From assembly GCA_951406725.2 (NCBI GenBank), contig OX597816.1, positions 140,306,001 through 140,370,000 of the forward strand: 64,000 nucleotides of DNA, written 5' to 3'. The DNA is from Octopus vulgaris. Lineage: Eukaryota. Numbering within the stretch: position 1 is the first letter of the stretch; each line of letters starts with the position of its first letter. This document shows positions 50,459 through 64,000 of the stretch, in pieces. A program made the translations under genes and the position numbers. The notes beneath the pieces were generated by a model. The model did not search any database and was not told the DNA's origin. It saw nothing but the letters and a program-made list of their open reading frames with translations.

Positions 50459-50701
50459 CGAAATTTATACTTATATTTATATTTACTTATATTTATATTC
50501 TCTTTTATATATATTCTACTTATTATACAACATTACTTTTTTATGTACACTTTTTTATGTACATTCATTTATGTACACTGATTTGTTCTGCTTTTATATC
50601 TAACCCTACAGTCTCTTATGTGGTGGTTTAATAAAGTATGAGATTGAGTATTATATGGTAATTGATATTTGATTTAGATGTATTTCTCTATTTTCTTATC
50701 T

Positions 50702-50751
<50 letters not shown>

Positions 50752-50768
50752 CACACACATATATATAT

Positions 50769-55353
<4,585 letters not shown>

Positions 55354-55366
55354 ATTATATAGAAGG

Positions 55367-55417
55367 AGCTTCTACAGGACTAGAACTGTTTCATTCAAGA
55401 GAAATCTTCAGGAAGCT
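55367..55417 (-). ncRNA. Type I hammerhead ribozyme
   Basis: Exact reverse complement of 57953-58003. Confidence 0.75.
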
Positions 55418-55561
55418 AGTTAACAAGAATTGTATTGGCATTTATACATTTAGGCAGGTTTAAAGGGGTGTTGGTGGGGGACTTTTTGGGGGTAGGCATA
55501 ACGCAAAATATCATACTTGGGGGAGTGGTCAAGGAGTCAGTGTTAAATTAGATAGAAGAAT

Positions 55562-55595
<34 letters not shown>

Positions 55596-56079
55596 AAATA
55601 AAAATATATATATATATATATATATATAAAAAAAAAAAAAAAAAAAGGGGATAGAGGTTTAGGTAAATAAGGATATTCTCACTTATACCTATGCACATAT
55701 GTATACATATATACACACGCATACAAACATATACATATACATACACACATACATACACACACATATATATATATACATATATATACACTTACACATACAT
55801 ATACATATCTACACATACACATATATGTATACATACACACACTCACATGCATACACGTATACACACATGTATATATACACACACACGACCACACATACAT
55901 ATACACACAGAAAAATATATATACACATACACACACATACTCACATACACGCATACACACACAAATCCACACACACACATGCACACCCAGCACACTAGTC
56001 CCTATATACACATATATACACATACACACATATATATATATATATATACATACACACACATACATATACATACACACAC

Positions 56080-56145
<66 letters not shown>

Positions 56146-56554
56146 GTGTACCCATGCATATCTACACATACACACATATATATATACACATACAAATACA
56201 GACCCATTCCCTAATTTTAATTTTATTATCTTCGTTTATTACTTTTGTTATCTTTGGCCGCTTGGTCACAAACATCTTGGCTATGACAGCCAGTCCATTT
56301 ATCTGTCTACTGGAAAACAAGCACTCATTCACTCACGCACACTCTTTAGCACGTACACTCACTCATTCGTACACTCATACACATACACGCACGCACGCGT
56401 TATATTCATACATACATACATCTACATACATTCACGTATATACACATACGTACGCGTACCTACAGATTCATGTCTACACTCTTAGAAGGCTAGTCTATAC
56501 ATATACACCAATAAATATAAATACACACACATACACGTACACCTACATACAAAT

Positions 56555-56635
<81 letters not shown>

Positions 56636-56864
56636 CATATTCACACATATATACACATATATACATACACACACATATATACATACACATATATACACAT
56701 ATACACACATATACACATATATACACACATACACATACATACATGTACACACATACACATACATACGTATACATACATACATACATCCATACATCCATAC
56801 ATACATACATTTATACACATACACACACCCACATACATACATATATATACGCGCATATATATAT

Positions 56865-56909
<45 letters not shown>

Positions 56910-57089
56910 CATATATACATATATATTCATACACACACCTACACATACATACATACATATACAAATATACGCACACACATACATACATACTCATATACTC
57001 ATACACACACATACACATGTACATGCGTCCCCTTACACGCACACACACACGCGCGCGTCCATATATACACATAAGTACACCCTGTACAT

Positions 57090-57136
57090 CTTCCTGAAGA
57101 TTTCTCTTGAATGAAACAGTACTAGTCCTGTAGAAG
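57090..57136 (+). ncRNA. Type I hammerhead ribozyme with 4-bp stem I
   Basis: cttc-CUGAAGA-tttc(tctt)gaat-GAAA-cag(tactagtc)ctg-UA-gaag; predicted cut after 57132. Confidence 0.65.
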
Positions 57137-57219
57137 CTCCTTCTATATAATAAATTAATTTTACTCTGCTATGTATTGAGTACCTTACTTACTGTGGTTA
57201 ACCCCGTATCAACCCGGGA

Positions 57220-57277
<58 letters not shown>

Positions 57278-57731
57278 TATACATGTATATATATATGTGT
57301 GTGTATGTATATGTATGTGTGTGTATGTATATATATATATATATGTGTGTATGTGTATATATGTGTATATAGGGACTAGTGTGCTGGGTGTGCATGTGTG
57401 TGTGTGGATTTGTGTGTGTATGCGTGTATGTGAGTATGTGTGTGTATGTGTATATATATTTTTCTGTGTGTATATGTATGTGTGGTCGTGTGTGTGTATA
57501 TATACATGTGTGTATACGTGTATGCATGTGAGTGTGTGTATGTATACATATATGTGTATGTGTAGATATGTATATGTATGTGTAAGTGTATATATATGTA
57601 TATATATATATGTGTGTGTATGTATGTGTGTATGTATATGTATATGTTTGTATGCGTGTGTATATATGTATACATATGTGCATAGGTATAAGTGAGAATC
57701 TCCTTATTTACCTAAAACTCTATCCCCCTTT

Positions 57732-57768
<37 letters not shown>

Positions 57769-57774
57769 TTTATT

Positions 57775-57808
<34 letters not shown>

Positions 57809-57952
57809 ATTCTTCTATCTAATTTAACACTGACTCCTTGACCACTCCCCCAAGTATGATATTTTGCGCTATGCCTACCCCCAAAAAGTCCCCCACCAAC
57901 ACCCCTTTAAACCTGCCTAAATGTATAAATGCCAATACAATTCTTGTTAACT

Positions 57953-58003
57953 AGCTTCCTGAAGATTTCTCTTGAATGAAACAGTTCTAGTCCTGTAGAA
58001 GCT
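57953..58003 (+). ncRNA. Type I hammerhead ribozyme
   Basis: Stem I agcttc/gaagct (6 bp), CUGAAGA, stem II ttc/gaa closed by U.U, GAAA, stem III acag/ctgt, GUA triplet; predicted cut after 57997. Confidence 0.75.
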
Positions 58004-58086
58004 CCTTCTATATAATAAATTAATTTTACTCTGCTATGTATTGAGTACCTTATTTACTGTGGTTAACCCCGAATCAACCCGGGACC

Positions 58087-58171
<85 letters not shown>

Positions 58172-58469
58172 CGAGAAAGAAGCAACAAGAATGGATAGGT
58201 TTTTAGTACAATCGTTTCATACAAGGACAGGCTTTATTAAAAGTTGCAAAAATTGCAGCATATAAACGTGTCCCGTACTCATCAGCTAAAATACATGTGA
58301 GTTCTCTAGACATCCTAGTGGTTGAGGCTATACTCATGAAGTAATGTAGATAATTAAGTAACATAAATAGATTTCCAAAGTTCATTAAAGTTCTTTAAAG
58401 ATGATGTACAATCTTATCACAGAATTTTAAAAAAGTTTTAATAGCATCACAGAGAAGGTGACCTAATCC

Positions 58470-58732
58470 ATAGTGTACATATGAATTTCCAGAGATATGA
58501 GGAGGGATTACATACTCACAGACGACAAATTTATCCATTGCTAATCACAACGAGGTGGGTCTCAATTCCTGCTTATTAGCATTACAGAGAGGGTGAATTA
58601 ATCCTTTGTATAGATGCACAATTTCCAATGGTGTAGATGTAAATTTCCAGAGAAATGAAGAGGAATTTCATATTCACAGGCGATAAATTTATCAATGGTT
58701 GAACACAATGAGGTAGGTATCAATTCTTGCTA
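58470..58732. repeat. Diverged ~105-bp direct repeat, period ~159 bp
   Basis: aatttccagaga.atga...cata.tcacag.cga.aaatttatc...caattc.tgct occurs twice. Confidence 0.7.
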
Positions 58733-58793
58733 TATGATTAGGTATTTGCCACATTAATCACATTACTGCTATTTTCAAGAGACTGTAGCTATT

Positions 58794-58903
<110 letters not shown>

Positions 58904-59369
58904 TTCAACCACGCTGGTGGTTCAATATATTCTTAAGTCCACCATTTCGTTAATCGCAGTAGCTTCCAAGCTTCCCACTAATTCAATTCTCAACAAAATT
59001 GCAAACTGTTAATAGTTTTAGAGAGGACATCTCTTCAGCTACATTTGGCATAAATAATTTGAAATTTGGTTCAGTAGAAAAAAGTCACATCAAAATATGT
59101 CAGACCTCAAGGTGGGCAGTAAGGCAGATATTCTTCTTCAATTAACATAACTTTTTTTTTAATTTTCAAATAAAAGTATACTTTTATTAAGCTTAAATGA
59201 AAGAAAAATGCATGAGGACTTCAGAATCGTTAGTCGCATTGAACAAAAATTAGTAGAAAAAGAGTTATGAGGTAAAACGTCACAAAATGTAATGTCAGTA
59301 AGTGAGGAAGTAAGAAGTAACGCCCCCAGTAATAAGAATATATTTCTAAAATGAATGCTTTCTTCCTAA

Positions 59370-59436
59370 GGCGGCGAGCTGGCGGAAACGTTATCCCTCC
59401 GAGCAGAATGCGTAACAGAATTTCGTCTGTCTTTAC
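59370..59436 (+). mobile_element. SINE 5' head fragment
   Basis: ggcggcgagctggcggaaacgtta...tttcgtctgtctttac, same family as 24096. Confidence 0.75.
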
Positions 59437-60027
59437 ATAATTTATGTCATAAAATGCTCGGGCTGCCACCAAGACTACGTGGGATCCACGGGACTATCAC
59501 TCAGACGTAGATGCACACTGCATCGACAACAGATTGCATTCCCAGAATACAGAATGATACCTTTTAGTGAGCACATTGAGAAATGCGCAAAGCAACTACT
59601 ACAACAATTTTTAATCTTTCCATTTTACCAATGTGCTATCGGATCATCAACACAAACTAGACTAAATAATGAAACATTCTTCATTGAAAAGTACAAGCCC
59701 AGACTTAACCATTCCAACATACTTATACAGAGAAATTCACCCCAAAGGAAAGGAAAAGAATTTTAAGCGATTATCTACCTTACACCGGAAGAAATCACTT
59801 ATTACCTCCCCTTATTTAGAACTCTTTTCAACATAAGCATAACGATAACTCTCCTCAACATAAACATAACGACGTAAGAAATTTGAAAAGCTAAACGCGA
59901 AACCGGTCTTTCTTCTAAATTATGTCATTGTAAGAAAAAAATTCATAATATTCTTCAGACATATTGACTTAAATATATATTCTTTAACCTTTTAAAACAA
60001 GCCTTCTGTAGTTTTTTCACTTTTTAC

Positions 60028-60033
<6 letters not shown>
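59437..60033 (+). mobile_element. Penelope-like element 3' fragment: GIY-YIG endonuclease plus pLTR
   Basis: Open frame IIYVIKCSGCHQDYVGSTGLSLRRRCTLHRQQI...EH...RLNNETFFIEKYKPRLN, stop at 59766; degenerate hammerhead at ~59876-59914. Confidence 0.85.
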
Positions 60034-60079
<46 letters not shown>

Positions 60080-60094
60080 GCACACAATACACAT

Positions 60095-60130
<36 letters not shown>

Positions 60131-60293
60131 GACGGGCTTCTTTCAGTTTCCGTTTTCCAAATACACTCACAAGGCTTTGGTTCCCTGAGATTATAGTAGA
60201 AGTCACCTACCCCAGGTTCCACGCAGTGAGGCTGAACCCTGAACCCGGAGCCATGTGGTTGGGGGGCAAGCCTCTTGTCACACAGCCAAGCCT

Positions 60294-60376
<83 letters not shown>

Positions 60377-60637
60377 GGACCAACTTACACAGAGTACAAA
60401 CGACAGAGAAAATTAAATGGGTGGAAGAAAGGTATTTTAAGTCCAACAGCTGTTTCTAGGGCTTCGGAGTTAGATAATAATGTTGTTAGATGTAGTCTCC
60501 ACTCTTTATTTTCTCTCGTTTTGCATGGATACATATATACTTATTTTGTATTTCATACCCTGGCTATTATATCGAATATATTTAATATTTGTCTATCCTC
60601 ATAATTGTCACTGCAATCTCTCTCTCTCACTCACTCA

Positions 60638-60720
<83 letters not shown>

Positions 60721-61192
60721 TTAGCCGTGGTTGGTCAGGCAACTTGCAATGGTTTCGCACCTACAAGGCTCCGAGGGGTGTAGGTGACATGTCAGACTTG
60801 ATAGCCGCGGGCACATTCCTTCGCTTCAACTGAAGATTGGAAAAATAGTGTTCGCCAGCCAGAGTTGTGAAAAACACAAAACAAAAACAATCCCGAGACA
60901 AAATTCTAACGAGCGACAACCTTTCGGAGTGAGGTGGAGTTATTTCCCTTCGACCGGCTTCAGTTGTGCCTCTTGAAACTAGTGAGCACATACACGCTTT
61001 TCGTTCTCTTTTCGGCAAACGGAGAATTTTATGTTCCCAACACAAATATCCTCTGATGAAGGCGGAATTCCCCGTTTGCCGACTATTCTCCAACATTCTA
61101 TATATTTTCAACATTTGTTTACACTCCCAGGGCTTTAAATTTTAATATTTCTACTATTCTTGATGTTATATATTTTATATCTAATATTTTGG
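60377..61192 (+). repeat. Third, partial and more diverged copy of the 50844/53101 unit
   Basis: Same ggaccaacttacacagag start, (CT)n block and MLKIYRML... pseudo-ORF; lacks the (GT)n and mariner half. Confidence 0.9.
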
Positions 61193-61367
61193 CTTCTTCA
61201 CCCTTAATCTGCAATACTTTGTGAATTCTATTTCAAAATTTCATTTCGACATGTATTTTTCTCTTAACAACTACTCTTTTAAATGACTTCGTTCACTTCC
61301 GACTACATGGAATATCAGTTTCTGCTTTTACGGTTTTGAACAACAAAAACAGAAACTTAAACCCCCT

Positions 61368-62123
61368 ATGTCTTCCTCCCCTATTGCTCTTGGACAACAA
61401 AAATTAATCATTCCAGCTGAAGTACATCAACAGGTACAAAAACCAACCATGCCCTCCTCTCCTGATGCTTCCCAACTAAAACAGAGATCGACCATCAGCA
61501 CAGAAGTTGCAGAAATTAGACGAATGATTTCCGCTTTGAGTCGTGAAGTAGCAGGACTCAGAACCAGTGTCTGTCCAAAAACTCGCAGCGAAGGGTCATA
61601 TAGGAGTGCCCTGCTCAGCAACTTACCTGTAGCTCGTACAGAACCTCAACGCATCGAGGGAGTTGCTGCGCCGGCCACTCATGAATTAATAGCCATCGGA
61701 GTGCCGGAAGATGTGGCAGATCTGCAGGCATTCATTGGAAACACAGCTAGGGATCTCAGCTGTGTCCCTCCAAAAAGTGCTTCCCGCCTTGGCCGACCGG
61801 GATCCAAACCCAGGCTGATCAGACTGTTGTTTACGGGCTCTATTGAGGCGCGGACATTCCATCTGGCTGCTGACAGAGCTCGGCGTGACAACATTATCAA
61901 CTTTAGAACGCGTCCTGGCCTACCACCCGATGTACGCCCAAAGATAAGATCCGTGGCTTCCCTAAATCGCAACTCTGTGCCACGGGAGAGTTTTAGCCTC
62001 CGCGATGATGGGCAGATCTGGAAATTCGTCAAGTCTGGTGAGTCGTGGATAAGGGATGCCAGTTGGACTGAACAGACTACACCCACAACAACAACTGGCA
62101 ATGCAAAAATCTTGGGAAACTAA
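61368..62123 (+). CDS. LINE ORF1, 251 aa
   Basis: Coiled-coil-like EVAEIRRMISALSREVAGLR, SYRSAL, LIAIGVPE and RLGRPGSKPRLIRLLF (RRM-like ORF1 motifs), directly upstream of ORF2. Confidence 0.85.
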   Translation: MSSSPIALGQQKLIIPAEVHQQVQKPTMPSSPDASQLKQRSTISTEVAEIRRMISALSREVAGLRTSVCPKTRSEGSYRSALLSNLPVARTEPQRIEGVAAPATHELIAIGVPEDVADLQAFIGNTARDLSCVPPKSASRLGRPGSKPRLIRLLFTGSIEARTFHLAADRARRDNIINFRTRPGLPPDVRPKIRSVASLNRNSVPRESFSLRDDGQIWKFVKSGESWIRDASWTEQTTPTTTTGNAKILGN

Positions 62124-64000
62124 CCAAGAACAATCAGCCATCCCCTGTATATCATCATCTGAAATCCAGATATAAACTGCTGTCCTTGAATGCCCGTAGT
62201 TTATGCAACAAGGTGCATCTTTTTGTCTCCTACGTCAAAAGTATCAACCCAGATTTCATCACAGTCACGGAAACGTGGGCACACTCTGCACTCTGTGATG
62301 GAGTTTTCAGCATAGCCGGCTACAACCTGTTCCGCAAAGACCGCATTAATCGCCGTGGAGGGGGTGTGATGATTTATGTTCGATCAAGTCTATCGGCAAT
62401 CCCCTGTGATGATTTGAACCAATCTCAGCAGGAGGTATTTTTCTGCAATGTACACATGACCATGTCAACACTTCTGCTCGGAGTCGTTTACCGTCCTCCA
62501 AATTATCGCCAAGATGCACAGCTTTTTGATATCCTCAGGGCGGCTGCCATGAAAACATCCACATATGTGTATGTTGCGGGGGACTTCAATTTCCCTGAGA
62601 TTGACTGGGAGGCCTTCCGTTGGCCGCAAAGTGCAGACGATTTCCTTGAACTGGTGCTGAATTCGAATTGGTCCCAAGTTGTTACCTCCCCCACAAGGGG
62701 TAACAACACTTTGGATCTGCTACTTACCGCTTCTCCTGAAACAATCATTAGTGTCGCTACCGAAGAACCTTTGGGTGACTCTGATCATTCCATGATCATG
62801 GCCGACTTGTCTCTGATTGGTTGTAACAAAAAACACAACCATCTTCAGACTGCCCGCTTTGACTGGAATAAAGCAAACTGGAGCTCTTATTGTACTGAGC
62901 TGCAACGCCCAAACTGGCGCGAATTTTATGCCTCTGGAGATGTGGACACTATACTCCAGAACATTCTGAATTCAATATGGGCAGCATGTGCAGCATCAGT
63001 ACTACGCAAGCACAAAAAACCACCCAATAGTGCAATTTGGGAGACTGCAGCAGTCCGACTTGCCAGGAAAGAACGCCGTAATGCTGAACGGGAATACAAG
63101 TTGCACAAATCAGAAAGCAACAGGAAAAAGCGCAATAGGTCAGCCAACCACCTCAAGCAGGTGACAAGAAAGGCAGTGCTTGAATTTGAACAACGCATTG
63201 CAGCTAACCCTGACAGCAAAGGGTTCTGGAAGTATGTGCACTCAAAGCAGAAACCCCCACTCTCCTGTTGGTCCCCTTCGCAATCCCCACACAGGACAGA
63301 TTACTGGCAATCCCGAAGAATGTGCAGAAATCATTGCTGGATGCTATGCCGGCATCTTTACTGTCGAAGACCAAAATGTTCCATCATCATCACCACTGAC
63401 ATCGGACTCTATATCTTCTATGCAATTTACACCAACAATGCTGCAACGCCACCTAAAGAATAAACGCAATTATGCCTCTCCTGGTCTCGATGGTGTTACA
63501 GACCTACTTCTCAAACGCGGTGGGTACTTTCTTCTAGGCCAACTTTCTCTATTCTTCCAATTCTGTCTTGACAGTGGTGTTACTCCAGAACAGTGGAAAA
63601 CTGCCAGTGTCATCCCTCTGTTCAAAAAAGGCGACCGCACATCGCCAGTCAACTATCGCCCCGTCAGTCTTACTAGCTGCATCGCCAAACTGATGGAATC
63701 CTGTATCAGAGAAACCCTCTGGAACTTCTGGAAGTCTCACAGCCTCATCCAGCCGTCACAATTCGGATTTATTCCTAACTCCAGCTGCTGTAATCAACTC
63801 ATCGAGTTTCTTGAGGACGTTACCCAAATCACTGATCGCGGATCCTGGGTGGATGTTGTTTACCTGGACTTTGCTAAGGCTTTTAACTCTGTGCCACACA
63901 AAAGACTTATGGTGAAGCTTTCTGCGATGGGTGTAAGAGACGAACTCTATAACTGGTTAAAGGTCCTTTATTTTCGGCCGAAAAGAGGTTGTCACAGTTC
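62120..64000 (+). mobile_element. CR1-clade LINE ORF2 (APE endonuclease + RT), runs off the window
   Basis: LNARSL, VTETW, GGGV, YRPP, GDFN, SDH; after a 1-nt shift in the C-run near 63255, SPGLDG, NYRPVSLTS, QFGF, YLDFAKAFN; a second probable shift in an A-run near 63960. Confidence 0.92.

Larger units (their letters stand above)
32420..50658 (+). repeat. Segmental tandem duplication, unit 2
   Basis: Starts mid-SINE (atgaagtgttttgctcaag, as at 14188) and ends gagattgagtattatatgg. Confidence 0.97.
55351..58090. mobile_element. Non-coding hammerhead-containing element (PLE-derived / retrozyme-like) with direct and inverted repeats
   Basis: ~136-bp direct repeats 57090-57225 and 57955-58090; inverted arm 55351-~56135 matches ~57230-58019; outer ends embedded in (TA)n. 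Confidence 0.75.

Overview
AT-rich, microsatellite-dense eukaryotic DNA. The tRNA-derived SINE families and repeat landscape look like an octopus (cephalopod) genome; this is recognition, not a database result. The only host gene is a secreted type-3 copper tyrosinase-like gene (three coding exons, 648 aa, probable non-coding first exon), present twice in a recent ~18.2-kb head-to-tail duplication (14188-32405 / 32420-50658) whose junction carries a templated 18-nt insertion. The rest is mobile DNA: two CR1-clade LINEs, RTE, hAT and mariner relics, non-autonomous Helitrons, SINEs and Penelope-like (PLE) pieces. Highlights: (1) a non-coding element with three type-I hammerhead ribozymes in tandem and inverted arrangement (55351-58090); (2) a SINE-LINE chimera inserted at one site, with an empty-site homologue in the window; (3) an A-invB-A-invB-A array carrying the tyrosinase upstream region; (4) a GGGAAAC -1 slippery site joining LINE ORF1 to an AUG-less ORF2. 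Alignments and folds were done by eye, so repeat boundaries are approximate.
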